Origin: an uncultured Actinomycetes bacterium
Lineage (GTDB): Bacteria; Actinomycetota; UBA4738; HRBIN12
DNA length: 64,000 bases
Reading direction: 5' to 3'
Assembly: GCA_963704725.1 (NCBI GenBank)
Contig: OY969934.1
Location: 480,001 to 544,000 of the forward strand
Shown piece after piece: positions 46,626 to 55,934 of the stretch; position 1 is the stretch's first letter; each line of letters begins with the position of its first letter. The position numbers were made by a program, and so were the translations under genes. The notes below the pieces were generated by a model. It did not search any database, had not been told where the DNA came from, and saw nothing but the letters and a program-made list of their open reading frames with translations.

Positions 46626-47890
46626 TGGGCGGGGTCGCGCTGCTCGACGGCGTGGTGGTCGACGCCACCACGAAGGGGTTCCCTCCGGTGCGCGAGCCGG
46701 TTCCGCTGCGGGAGGTCGGGGCGATGGGGTGGACGCTCGAAGACCTGCAGCCGCCGGTCATGGTCCTGCGCGCCTCGGCCCTCGAGCACAACCTCGCGCT
46801 GATGGCGGGCTTCTGCGAGCGCGCGGGGGTCGCGCTCGCGCCTCACGGCAAGACGACGATGGCGCCGCAACTGTGGCGCCGGCAGCTCGACGCAGGTGCC
46901 TGGGGGATCACCGCCGCGACCGCGGTGCAGGCGCGCGTGATGCGCGCCGCCGGCGTCCGGCGCGTCCTGATCGCGAACGAGCTCACCGATCCCGGCTCGA
47001 TCCGGTGGGTGGCGCAGGACCTGCGGGACCAGGGCACGGAGCTCGTGGCCTACGTCGACGGGCTCCGCGGGGTGCGGCTCCTGCAGGACGGGCTCCGGGA
47101 GGCCGGCGCGCCGAGACCGCTGTCCGTCGTCGTCGAGCTCGGTCACCAGGGCGGCCGGACGGGATGCCGCGATCCCGATGAGGCGGTCGAGATCGCCCGG
47201 GCCGTGGTGGGCGCCTCGCACCTGAACCTGGCCGGCGTGGCCGGGTTCGAAGGCACGATCGCCCACGACCGGGAACCGGGAAGCCTCGCCGCGGTCCGCG
47301 CCTTCCTCGACGCGATGCGGCGGCTCGCCGAACGACTCCTCGAGGGTGGTGAGCTGGCGCCGCGACCGATCCTTTCGGCCGGCGGCAGCCACTACTACGA
47401 CCTCGTGGCCGAGCGCCTCGCCCCTGGCTGGCCCGCGGACGAGGAGCCTCTCGTCCTCGTGCGGGCGGGGTGTTACCTCACCCACGACGACGGGATCTAC
47501 GCGTCCGCCACGCCGCTCGCGAACGAGGAGCCGGAGCTTCGGTTCCGGGCTGCGCTCGAGACCTGGGGGGCCGTGCTCTCGCGGCCGGAGCCGGAGCTCG
47601 CGCTGGTGGGGCTGGGTCGCCGGGACGTCCCGTTCGATCAGGGATATCCGCGACCGCTGCAGCTGCGGCGCGTCGGAGGAGAGCTCGAGCCCGTCGACGG
47701 GCGGATCGAGATCCTGTCGCTGAACGACCAGCACGCGTTCTGCCGCCCGGGCGCGGGGGTTCCCGTCGACGTGGGGGATCTCCTCATGTGCGGGATCTCG
47801 CATCCGTGCACGGCGTTCGACCGGTGGCGGGTGATCCCCGTCCTGGACGACGAGGACCGCGTGGTCGACGCCGTGGCCACGTTCTTCTGA
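46625..47890 (+). CDS. Fold-type III PLP enzyme, D-serine dehydratase/D-amino acid deaminase family
   Basis: LAPHGKTTMAPQL, GGRTGCR, GVAGFEG, RAGCYLTHD, LNDQH, ISHPCTAFD. Confidence 0.88.
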   Translation: MGGVALLDGVVVDATTKGFPPVREPVPLREVGAMGWTLEDLQPPVMVLRASALEHNLALMAGFCERAGVALAPHGKTTMAPQLWRRQLDAGAWGITAATAVQARVMRAAGVRRVLIANELTDPGSIRWVAQDLRDQGTELVAYVDGLRGVRLLQDGLREAGAPRPLSVVVELGHQGGRTGCRDPDEAVEIARAVVGASHLNLAGVAGFEGTIAHDREPGSLAAVRAFLDAMRRLAERLLEGGELAPRPILSAGGSHYYDLVAERLAPGWPADEEPLVLVRAGCYLTHDDGIYASATPLANEEPELRFRAALETWGAVLSRPEPELALVGLGRRDVPFDQGYPRPLQLRRVGGELEPVDGRIEILSLNDQHAFCRPGAGVPVDVGDLLMCGISHPCTAFDRWRVIPVLDDEDRVVDAVATFF

Positions 47891-47899
47891 CGGCCGCCC

Positions 47900-48283
47900 T
47901 CACGGGACCGAGCGGCGGGCCACGACCTCGATCTCGACGAGGAGGCCGGGCGGCAAGCGCACCCCGACGGTCGAGCGCGCGGGGTACGGCGCCGAGAACC
48001 GCTCGGCGTACGCGCCGTTGAACGCCTCGAAGTCGCCGAGGTCCGCCAGGAACGCCGTGACCTTGACGACGTCGTCCAGCGAGCAGCCCACCGACGCCAG
48101 GCAACGCTCGACGTTGTCGAGCGCCCGCCGCGTCTGCTCCCCGATGCCGCCCTCGACCAACGTCCCGGCCTCGTCCTGGGCGACCTGGCCCGCCGTGTAG
48201 ACGAGATCTCCGGTGATCACGACCGGGCTGTAGGGGAACCTCGGAACGGTGATGCCCTCCGGCTGCCGAGCGTCTCTCGTCAC
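47900..48283 (-). CDS. RidA family enamine/imine deaminase
   Basis: PYSP, YTAGQV, DVVKVTAFL, FNGAY, PARSTV, VEIEVVA. Confidence 0.9.
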   Translation of the reverse strand: MTRDARQPEGITVPRFPYSPVVITGDLVYTAGQVAQDEAGTLVEGGIGEQTRRALDNVERCLASVGCSLDDVVKVTAFLADLGDFEAFNGAYAERFSAPYPARSTVGVRLPPGLLVEIEVVARRSVP

Positions 48284-48325
48284 GTCGAGCCTCCTCCGGC
48301 CGGCCGGGGTGTCGCCCCGCCTGCC

Positions 48326-48383
48326 TTGACTGCGGTCGGGGCGCGAGCGTAGCATCCGTCAATAGTTAGGAAAGTTTCCAAAC
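48326..48383 (+). promoter_or_regulatory. Promoter and autoregulatory CsnR-type operator of the ROK gene
   Basis: TTGACT (48326), 18 nt, TAGCAT (48350); GTTAGGAAAGTTTCCAAAC at 48365-48383. Confidence 0.78.
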
Positions 48384-48387
48384 CACT

Positions 48388-49611
48388 GTGACCACGGATC
48401 CACCGCTGGGGGGCACGACGGTCGACCAGACGTTCGCCGCGGGGACACCGAGCCTGCTGAGGGCGATCAATGAGCGCTCGGTGCTCGAGTTCGTCCGGCA
48501 GATGGGGCCGGTCTCGCGGGCGCAGATCGCCCGCGACAGCGACCTGTCCAAGCCGACCGTCTCGCAGGCGCTCGCGGCCCTGCTCGAGGCGCGGCTGGTC
48601 CGGGAGGCCGGCCGGTCGAGCGGAGGGCGGGGCCCCGCGGCGGTGCTCTACGAGCTCAACCCCAGGGCCGGCTGGGTGGTGGGCCTCGACGTTGGGCGCG
48701 ACTTCGTGCGGGCCGCCGTGGCCAACCTGTCGGGCGAGATCGTGGCCCGGCGGGACGAGCGAGCCAAGGTGCGGAGCCAGCGGACCCTGATCTCGCAGAT
48801 CGGGGAGATCGCCCACGGCGTCGCGGCGGAGGCCGGCGTCCGGTGGAAACAGGTGACCTTCGCCACCGTGGGCAGCCCCGGCGTGTTCGATCCCGAGACG
48901 GGCCATGTGGCGCTGGCCCACGCCCTGCCTGGGTGGGGCCGGACCGGGCTCGTCCAGGCGGTGCAGGACGAGCTCGGGACGAAGGTGGGCTTCGAGAACG
49001 ACGTCAACCTCGCGGCCCTCGGCGAGCAGTGGCTGGGCCTTGGCAAGGGCGTGGCGAACTTCGTGTACCTGCATGTCGGGACCGGTGTCGGGGCCGGCCT
49101 CGTGCTCCGGGGCGAGCTCTACCGCGGGCAGACCGGATCGGCCGGCGAGGTCGGCTACGTGCCGATCGGCGGTGATCCCCGGCAGCCGGCGCTCCGGCGG
49201 CGCGGGGCGCTCGACGCGGACGCGGGCGACTCCGGCCTGGTGGCGACGGCCCGGCGGCTCGGCATGGCCGAGCCGGTGTCGGCCCGCGCGGTCTTCGCCG
49301 CCGCGCGCCGCGGTGACCCGCTGGCGCTGCGCGTGGTGGCGGTGGAGGCCGGGCGGATCGCGCTGGGGGTGGCGGCGATCGTGCCGATCGTCGACCCCGA
49401 GCTGGTGATCCTGGGCGGCGGGATCGGTCGCAACGGTGACCTGCTGCTCGAGCCGGTGACCCGGGGGGTCCGCGAGATCAGCCCGTTCCCCGTCCGGATC
49501 GAGATCTCACCGCTCGGGGAGGAGGCGACCGTGCTGGGCGCCGTGTGGATGGCGCTCCAGGCGGCCCAGGAGCTGTTGTTCACGAGGACCCGCCGGGCGG
49601 CCGTGTCGTGA
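48388..49611 (+). CDS. csnR: ROK family transcriptional repressor, CsnR-like
   Basis: GTPSLLRAINER..SRAQIA..LSKPTVS HTH, ENDVNLAALGE, GVGAGL, AGEVGY; upstream operator and EFG genes downstream. Confidence 0.82.
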   Translation: MTTDPPLGGTTVDQTFAAGTPSLLRAINERSVLEFVRQMGPVSRAQIARDSDLSKPTVSQALAALLEARLVREAGRSSGGRGPAAVLYELNPRAGWVVGLDVGRDFVRAAVANLSGEIVARRDERAKVRSQRTLISQIGEIAHGVAAEAGVRWKQVTFATVGSPGVFDPETGHVALAHALPGWGRTGLVQAVQDELGTKVGFENDVNLAALGEQWLGLGKGVANFVYLHVGTGVGAGLVLRGELYRGQTGSAGEVGYVPIGGDPRQPALRRRGALDADAGDSGLVATARRLGMAEPVSARAVFAAARRGDPLALRVVAVEAGRIALGVAAIVPIVDPELVILGGGIGRNGDLLLEPVTRGVREISPFPVRIEISPLGEEATVLGAVWMALQAAQELLFTRTRRAAVS

Positions 49612-49681
49612 CCGCTTGGGTGGTGAGAGGAGCCGAGGGATGCGTGGGCGTTCCCGGGCATCGACGTGGAGAGGGGGGCCG

Positions 49682-51022
49682 ATGAGACGCCTGACGATCG
49701 CGCTGGCCGCGTTCGGACTGATCGCCGCGGCGTGCACCGCGGGCACCGAGGACGAGGGGGGGCCGTCGCCGGTCGACACGAGTCCCGACGCCTCACACGC
49801 GCCGGTGACGATCTCGATGTGGGTGCCGTTCGCGGGCGCCGAGTACGACAAGGTCGCCACGGTGTTCGACATGTTCCACGCCGAGTACCCGTGGATCACG
49901 GTCGACGTCCGGACGGGCATCGGGGAGAACGACGACAAGGTGCTCGCGGCGATCCGGGCGGGGAACCCTCCTGACGCCGTCATGTCGTGGTCGCTCGACA
50001 GCGTCGGCAAGTTCTGCGCGACGGGAGCGTGGCAGGACCTCGCCCCGTACATCGAGCAGTCGGGGATGGACACGAGTCTGTTCCCGCCGTCCGTCACGCG
50101 CTACACGAGCTACGCGGGAAGTCAGTGCGCGCTCCCGTTCCTCACGGACGCGATGGGGCTGTACTACAACGAGGACCTCTTCGCGAAGCACGGGATCACC
50201 GAGCCCCCGAGGACGATGTCCGAGCTCTCGGACATGGCGAAGGAGCTCACCGAGTTCAATGCGGACGGCTCGATCAAGGTCGCCGGGTTCGTGCCGTGGT
50301 TCGGGTACTACGAGTTCACGCCGCTCGAGCTGTCGATCATCTTCGGCGCGGACTACTACAACGAGGACGGGACCGCGTCGGCCGTGGCCACCGACCCCGA
50401 CTGGCAGAGCCTGTTCGCGTGGCAGAAGGACCTCGTCGACTTCTACGGAGCCGACAAGCTGAAGGAGTTCGTGGCCGGGGCGGGAGACGAATGGTCGGCG
50501 CCGAACGACTTCCAGCGCGGCCGCGTCGCGATGATGTTCGACGGCGAGTGGCGCGTCGCGATGATCAGCGACTTCGCACCGAACCTGAGCTACGCCACCG
50601 CCCCGTATCCGACGCCGGACGGCATGGAGGACCAGTACGGCATCGGCCGGGTGGGCGGCACGATCATCGGCATCCCTCGGGGCTCGGCGCACGCCGCGGA
50701 GGCGTGGCTCCTCGTCCAGTACCTGGCCACGAACACGGACGCCCTCGTCGCGATGGGCAACGCGATCCGCAACGTCCCGACGACGTTCCCGTCGCTCGAA
50801 TCGCCGGATCTCGACGTCACGCCGCAGTTCCAGACGTTCCTCGACATCTTCGCCAACGCCGGATCGCACTACAAGCAGACGAGCGAGATCGGCACGGCCG
50901 ACCAGGACCTCGTCACGGACTTCGGCGCGGATTGGCAGGCGGGCGACGTGCAGGACCTCCAGGCGGGCCTGGCGCAGGTGGCGCAGCAGATCGACGACGA
51001 GCTCGCGGCGGGCGGCGGCTGA
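49682..51022 (+). CDS. csnE: Sugar ABC transporter substrate-binding lipoprotein, CsnE-like
   Basis: Lipobox AAAC; ALPFLTDAMGLYYN, AMMFDGEWR, GGTIIGIP. Confidence 0.78.
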   Translation: MRRLTIALAAFGLIAAACTAGTEDEGGPSPVDTSPDASHAPVTISMWVPFAGAEYDKVATVFDMFHAEYPWITVDVRTGIGENDDKVLAAIRAGNPPDAVMSWSLDSVGKFCATGAWQDLAPYIEQSGMDTSLFPPSVTRYTSYAGSQCALPFLTDAMGLYYNEDLFAKHGITEPPRTMSELSDMAKELTEFNADGSIKVAGFVPWFGYYEFTPLELSIIFGADYYNEDGTASAVATDPDWQSLFAWQKDLVDFYGADKLKEFVAGAGDEWSAPNDFQRGRVAMMFDGEWRVAMISDFAPNLSYATAPYPTPDGMEDQYGIGRVGGTIIGIPRGSAHAAEAWLLVQYLATNTDALVAMGNAIRNVPTTFPSLESPDLDVTPQFQTFLDIFANAGSHYKQTSEIGTADQDLVTDFGADWQAGDVQDLQAGLAQVAQQIDDELAAGGG

Positions 51023-51065
51023 GCCGGCGCGGCCCGGAGAGGAGGCTGCGCTCATCGCCGCGACC

Positions 51066-52046
51066 GTGACGGAGGCGACGGCTCGCCCGTCGTTCACCCG
51101 ACGGCGCCCGCCGCGCCGTCGTGCGATCCGCCGCTACGGCGTCGTCGCCCTGTTCATGCTGCCGTGGATCGTCGGGTTCGTCGCGTTCATCGCGTACCCC
51201 ATGGTGGCCAGCCTGTACTACAGCTTCACGAACTACGACCTGCTCTCGGCGCCGCACCTCGTCGGGTTGGACAACTTCCGGTTCATGTTCACGAAGGACC
51301 CACAGTTCTGGCAGGCCATGCGCAACACGATCTGGATCATCTGCGTCGGGCTGCCGCTCGAGGTCGCGTTCGCGCTGCTGACCGCGATGCTCCTGACGCG
51401 GCCGAGGCGGGGCCACCGGGTCTACCGGACGATCTACTTCCTGCCCACGCTCGCCCCGCCGGTCGCCGCGGCGCTCGCGTTCGTCTTCATCCTCAACCCG
51501 GCGTTCGGGCCCGTGAACCAGGTCCTGAAGGCGGTCGGCGTGCACCACCCACCCCTGTGGTTCTTCGATCCGTCCACGTCGAAGTGGGGGCTCGTCCTGC
51601 TCGGCCTGTGGGGGGTCGGCCAGACGATGATCATCTTCCTGGCCGGCCTGCTCGACGTGCCGAGGCAGCTCTACGAGGCCGCCGACATCGAGGGGGCCAC
51701 CGGCCTGCAGAAGTTCCGGTACGTCACGCTGCCGACGATCTCGCCGGTGATCTTCTTCTCGGTCGTGGTCGGCGTGATCTGGGGGTTCCAGTACTTCACG
51801 CAGGCATACGTCGCGAGCTTCGCGGTCGCGGGTGGGGCGCAGAGCGCCGCCGCGTCCAACGTCGGCTCCCCTCAGGGCTCGATGCTCTTCTACTCGCTGT
51901 ACCTGTACGTGAAGGGGTTCTCCGACTTCCGGATGGGCTACGCGTCCGCGATGGCGTGGATGCTGTTCCTGATCACGATGGCCTGCACGGCGCTCCTCAT
52001 CAAGACGTCGCGCCGTTGGGTCCACTACCAGGGAGGCTTCCGATAG
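51066..52046 (+). CDS. csnF: Sugar ABC transporter permease, CsnF-like
   Basis: PWIVGF, SFTNYD, RTIYFLP, EAA loop LYEAADIEGA, MGYASAMAW. Confidence 0.8.
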   Translation: MTEATARPSFTRRRPPRRRAIRRYGVVALFMLPWIVGFVAFIAYPMVASLYYSFTNYDLLSAPHLVGLDNFRFMFTKDPQFWQAMRNTIWIICVGLPLEVAFALLTAMLLTRPRRGHRVYRTIYFLPTLAPPVAAALAFVFILNPAFGPVNQVLKAVGVHHPPLWFFDPSTSKWGLVLLGLWGVGQTMIIFLAGLLDVPRQLYEAADIEGATGLQKFRYVTLPTISPVIFFSVVVGVIWGFQYFTQAYVASFAVAGGAQSAAASNVGSPQGSMLFYSLYLYVKGFSDFRMGYASAMAWMLFLITMACTALLIKTSRRWVHYQGGFR

Positions 52047-52942
52047 CCACCGTCACGATCCCCAGGGCGACGCGGCCCGCGGCCTCGATCGCGCGGCGGC
52101 CCGTCCCCCCCGACGTCCGGCGGCGGCGGTTCCTGCGCGAGGTGGCGAATCACGCGCTCCTCATCGCCGTGGGGATGATGTTCCTCCTACCAGTGGTGTT
52201 CATCCTGCTCACGGCGGTGATGAACCGCGACCAGGTGCTCGGCGCCAACCTGTGGCCGAGCCCGTTCCGGTGGTCGAACTTCACGCACGTCTTCCAGCGG
52301 ATCCCACTGCTGCGCTACACGCGGAACACGTTCCTGGTCGCGAGCCTGTCCACGGTCGGCGTGGTCGTGTCGTGCATCCCGGTCGCGTACGCGCTGTCGC
52401 GGATCCGGTGGCGGGGTCGTGGGGCCGCGTTCCTGCTGGTGCTCTCGACGATGATGCTGCCGTTCCAGGTCACCGTGATCCCGCTCTACATCATCTTCGT
52501 GCGCTTCGGCTGGATCGGCACGATGAAACCCCTGATCGTGCCGCTGTTCTTCGGGGACGCGTTCACGATCTTCCTGCTCCGGCAGTTCTTCCTGACGATC
52601 CCGGAGGAGCTCTCGGACGCCGCGCGCGTCGACGGCGCGAGCGAGTTCCAGATCATGACGCGCCTGATCGTGCCGCTCGCGAAGCCCGCGATCGCCGCCG
52701 TGGCCCTGTTCCAGTTCCTGTACTCGTGGAACGACTTCTTCGCCCCGCTCCTCTACCTTGGCGAGAACCCGAAGCTGTGGACGCTGTCGATCGGCCTGTC
52801 GGAGTTCCGGCACCAGTTCGGCACGGAGTGGAACCTCACGATGGCGGCGTCGGTGCTGTTCATGCTGCCCGTGATCATCCTGTTCTTCCTGGCGCAGCGG
52901 GCGTTCGTGGAGGGCGTGACGCTCACCGGCGTCAAGGGGTAG
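52043..52942 (+). CDS. csnG: Sugar ABC transporter permease, CsnG-like (start uncertain, possibly ATA)
   Basis: PFRWSNF, LPFQVTVIP, LLRQFFLTIPEELSDAARVDGA, WNDFF, QRAFVEGVTLTGVKG. Confidence 0.8.
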   Translation: MATVTIPRATRPAASIARRPVPPDVRRRRFLREVANHALLIAVGMMFLLPVVFILLTAVMNRDQVLGANLWPSPFRWSNFTHVFQRIPLLRYTRNTFLVASLSTVGVVVSCIPVAYALSRIRWRGRGAAFLLVLSTMMLPFQVTVIPLYIIFVRFGWIGTMKPLIVPLFFGDAFTIFLLRQFFLTIPEELSDAARVDGASEFQIMTRLIVPLAKPAIAAVALFQFLYSWNDFFAPLLYLGENPKLWTLSIGLSEFRHQFGTEWNLTMAASVLFMLPVIILFFLAQRAFVEGVTLTGVKG

Positions 52943-53996
52943 CGCGAACGCAGCTCGCGGTCCCGTGATCGGCGAACGCCGGCTGTCCCGCCGCCGTCAC
53001 CCACGCCCAGCGATAGCCGTCTGCGCGCAGGACGAGGCGCAGCACGCCGAACGAGTCGGCCTGGGCCACCTGGAGGTCCACGGGCTGCGGTCCCGGTGGG
53101 ATCGCGTAGTGGCTCCGCCCGCCGGTGCCGACGACGAACTCGCGGATGCCGCGGTCCGGGTCGGAGGCGCCGTCGGGATCCTGGGGGGACCACCGCTGGT
53201 AGTTGTGCGAGTGGCCGTTCAGGACGAGGTCGGCGCTCGCGGCGTGCAGGAGCTGCCAGAGCGGCCGGACGGCGCCCGAGGCGCCGCTGCCGGTCGAGAA
53301 GGAGAAGAGCGGGTGGTGCCAGTACGCGATCGTGCACGGGTAGTCGGCGTCCGCGTGGTGTGCGAGGTCTCGCCGCAGCCAGGCGTACATCACGTTGCCC
53401 GGGCCGGGATCGGCGGGGCCCCGGGCGGGGCCGCAACCCCCCGGCGCGAAGCAGAGCTCCGAGTTGAGCGCGACGAGATGCCAGCACGGGGACCCGGGGC
53501 ACGTCCCGAGGTCGAAGGAGTAGAAGCCCAGGCGCTTGGGCCCCTTGACCGCCCGGCCGAAGTAGCGGAAGTACCCGCCCGGGCGCGACGACGGGTCCTG
53601 GCCGTACTCGTGGTTTCCTGGGACCGGGCTGAGGTTCGCGAAGGCCCGACCCCACGTGGAGTCGAAGTACGCCGCGAAGTCGTCGAAGGCGCCGGTCTCG
53701 TACTGGTTGTCGCCGAGCGTGAGGACGCGGTCCAGGTCGCCGCCCGCGATCAGGTCGGCGGTGTCGTCGTACTGACACACGCCCGGCTCGCGGCGGCCGT
53801 TCGGCGGTCCCTGGCAGGAGATGTCGCCGGCGGCGGCGATCACGAGCCGGTCCGCGCTTCGAGCGGCAGCCGCGGGTGCCCCAGCTCCCGCCACGTCGCG
53901 GGGGATCGGCGCCGCGGCATCCCCCGTCGCGGCTCCGAACGCGACGAGCGCGACGAGCGCGACGACCAGTGCCATCGTCCGGCGTGCCGCGCTCAC
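52932..53996 (-). CDS. Secreted calcineurin-like metallophosphoesterase (acid/alkaline phosphatase-like)
   Basis: AAGDI, LGDNQY, PGNHEY, WHHP, NGHSHNY, VVGTGG; N-terminal signal/TM. Confidence 0.9.
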   Translation of the reverse strand: MSAARRTMALVVALVALVAFGAATGDAAAPIPRDVAGAGAPAAAARSADRLVIAAAGDISCQGPPNGRREPGVCQYDDTADLIAGGDLDRVLTLGDNQYETGAFDDFAAYFDSTWGRAFANLSPVPGNHEYGQDPSSRPGGYFRYFGRAVKGPKRLGFYSFDLGTCPGSPCWHLVALNSELCFAPGGCGPARGPADPGPGNVMYAWLRRDLAHHADADYPCTIAYWHHPLFSFSTGSGASGAVRPLWQLLHAASADLVLNGHSHNYQRWSPQDPDGASDPDRGIREFVVGTGGRSHYAIPPGPQPVDLQVAQADSFGVLRLVLRADGYRWAWVTAAGQPAFADHGTASCVRATP

Positions 53997-54400
53997 CACA
54001 CCCGGAACATCCCCGGGCGGTCGTCCGGGCGCCGGCCGAAGCCGTAGCGCTCGTAGAACCCCTCCGCATCCCGGGCGGCCATCAGCCCGACGAACGCCCC
54101 CGGCCGGGCCACGCGCTGGAGGTAGCCCATCACCCCGCCCATGATCTGCGCGCCGAGGCCGCGCCCGTGGTACTCGGGCACGACGATGACGTCCTGCACG
54201 TAGAAGTACATGCCGCCGTCACCGACCACACGGCCGCAGGCGACGGCCTCGCCCTCGTGCAGGACGACGCAGGCGTACAGGGAGCTCGAGAGGCCGGTCG
54301 CCAGCCCCTCGTCGGTCATCTCGCCCCATCCGGCGGTCTCGCGGAGCCGACGGTACTCGGGCACCGTCGGCGCGCGCTCGACGAGATCGAACTCCTCCAC
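53993..54400 (-). CDS. GNAT family N-acetyltransferase
   Basis: GRVVGDG, QDVIVVPEYHGRGLG, FYERYGF. Confidence 0.9.
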   Translation of the reverse strand: MEEFDLVERAPTVPEYRRLRETAGWGEMTDEGLATGLSSSLYACVVLHEGEAVACGRVVGDGGMYFYVQDVIVVPEYHGRGLGAQIMGGVMGYLQRVARPGAFVGLMAARDAEGFYERYGFGRRPDDRPGMFRVW

Positions 54401-54567
54401 GGAGCGTCCAGTGTAGGACCGACGACGGGCGAGCCCACGCCGGCGGTCGTCTCATGCCGTTGCGCACCGTCGCCGCGGGCCGGAGGGCCCTGCCGGGGCC
54501 CCTCCGGCCGAGCCAACGTGAAGGGTCGGACGCAGGAACCAGACCCGCTGATCAAGGAGGAACGTCG

Positions 54568-55080
54568 ATGACACCCGGAGCCAAGACGGTGCACGAGGCA
54601 CACGAGCCGTTCCAGCGGCAGGTGGGCTCGATCCTGGTCCTGGCGGATGCGGTGGGCACCGTGCCGACGGCGGAGCTCGCCCGGCGGACGGGCGAGCTGC
54701 ACGAGTTCCTCGCGCACAGCCTGATGCCGCACGCGCTGGCCGAGGACTCGATCTTCTTCCCTGCACTGCGCCAGGGATCGGACGACCCCCGGACGGTGGC
54801 CATGACGCGCTGTCACCGCCAGCTGGCGCTGTTCACGGACGAGCTCGAGGCGCAGCAGGCCGTCCTGTCCGACCCCGACCGGGCGCGCGACGCGGAACGG
54901 GAGCTCAAGCGGATCCTCTACGGGACCCACGCCCTCCTCACGACCCACTTCGCGGCGGCCGAGGCGGCCTTCACGGACACGCTCGCCGGCAAGCTGTCGC
55001 CGGCGGAACGCGAGGAGCTGTTCGCGCGCATCGACCGCTATGCGGACGACGTCGCCAAGCTCCTCGAGTTCGGCGGCTAG
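54568..55080 (+). CDS. Hemerythrin/HHE domain protein (last motif degenerate)
   Basis: AAGGAGG RBS; H..H, PHALAED..FP, M..CH, LYG.HALL..HF; the final HxxxE motif reads HFAAAE. Confidence 0.72.
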   Translation: MTPGAKTVHEAHEPFQRQVGSILVLADAVGTVPTAELARRTGELHEFLAHSLMPHALAEDSIFFPALRQGSDDPRTVAMTRCHRQLALFTDELEAQQAVLSDPDRARDAERELKRILYGTHALLTTHFAAAEAAFTDTLAGKLSPAEREELFARIDRYADDVAKLLEFGG

Positions 55081-55108
55081 CCCCCTCGATCCCGAGCACC
55101 CCCAACGC

Positions 55109-55151
55109 AGGGCCGTTCGGCCCCCTCGACCCGGGACGGTCTTTCGGTCCT
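55109..55151 (+). promoter_or_regulatory. OsdR/DosR-like binding sites upstream of dsrE
   Basis: AGGGCCGTTCGGCCCC (55109-55124, 14/16 to AGGGCCGATCGGCCCT) and a weaker ACGGTCTTTCGGTCCT (55136-55151); candidate -10 TACGGT at 55197. Confidence 0.55.
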
Positions 55152-55236
55152 CGGTCACAGGTTCCGGCTGTCTCCGCGGCCCGCGAGGCGCGCACCTACG
55201 GTGTGAGTCGAACGACATCAACCAGGAGGTGCCGCC

Positions 55237-55602
55237 ATGGCGGACGAGAAGCTCGTGATCATGCTGACGCACGGCCCGCAGGACGCGGAGCTGGCGACGA
55301 TCCCGTTCGTGATGGGGTGCGCCGCGCTGGCCTCGGACGTCGACTGCGTCCTGGGGTTCCAGGCCGACGCGGTCGAGCTCGTCCACGAGGGCATCGCCGA
55401 CAAGGTCGAGGCGCCGGAGTTCCCGCCGCTCGCCACGCTGTTGTCCACGTTCCGTGAGCTGGGCGGGACGCTGCTCGCCTGCAGCCCCTGCCTGAAGAGC
55501 CGCGAGATCCCGGCGGAGGCCCTGGTCGAGGGCACCGAGGTCGTGGCGGCGGCCCGCTTCGTCGTCGAGCTGACGTCGGCGACCAACACGCTCGTCTACT
55601 GA
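55237..55602 (+). CDS. dsrE: DsrE family sulfurtransferase-like protein
   Basis: KLVIMLTHGP..ATIPF, conserved ACSPC..R, EVVAAA. Confidence 0.82.
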   Translation: MADEKLVIMLTHGPQDAELATIPFVMGCAALASDVDCVLGFQADAVELVHEGIADKVEAPEFPPLATLLSTFRELGGTLLACSPCLKSREIPAEALVEGTEVVAAARFVVELTSATNTLVY

Positions 55603-55632
55603 GGCTCCGCGCGACCACGAAGGAGGAACGAC

Positions 55633-55899
55633 ATGAGCATCGTGCTGACCGAGACGGACCTGTCCGGCATCGAGGCCGGCAAGGTCGTCGACGCCCGTGG
55701 CAGCGCCTGCCCGGGCCCGCTGCTGGAGGCGAAGAAGGGCATCGGCGCCGTGGCCATCGGCCAGGTCCTCGAGATCTGGTCCGGCGACCCGCAGACGAAG
55801 TCGGACATCGAGACCTGGGCCGGCAAGGTCGGGCACGGGTTCCTCGGGGTCGCTCCCGCCGACGGCTACGACCGCATCTTCGTGCGACGGGCCAAGTGA
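55633..55899 (+). CDS. tusA: TusA family sulfur carrier
   Basis: VDARGSACPGP (CPxP), GQVLEIWSGDP..DI..W. Confidence 0.9.
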   Translation: MSIVLTETDLSGIEAGKVVDARGSACPGPLLEAKKGIGAVAIGQVLEIWSGDPQTKSDIETWAGKVGHGFLGVAPADGYDRIFVRRAK

Positions 55900-55934
55900 C
55901 CACCCACCGGACCGCGGGAAGAGGGTGAAGCCGC

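Noticed and set aside
53941-53967. Near-perfect 9-bp tandem repeat gcgacgagc x3
   Set aside because: It encodes the hydrophobic signal segment (VVA-LVA-LVA); in-frame, with no sign of phase variation
54479-54507. Inverted repeat ccggagggccc/gggcccctccgg upstream of the hemerythrin gene
   Set aside because: It could be an operator, but it is imperfect, almost all GC and matches no consensus I can support
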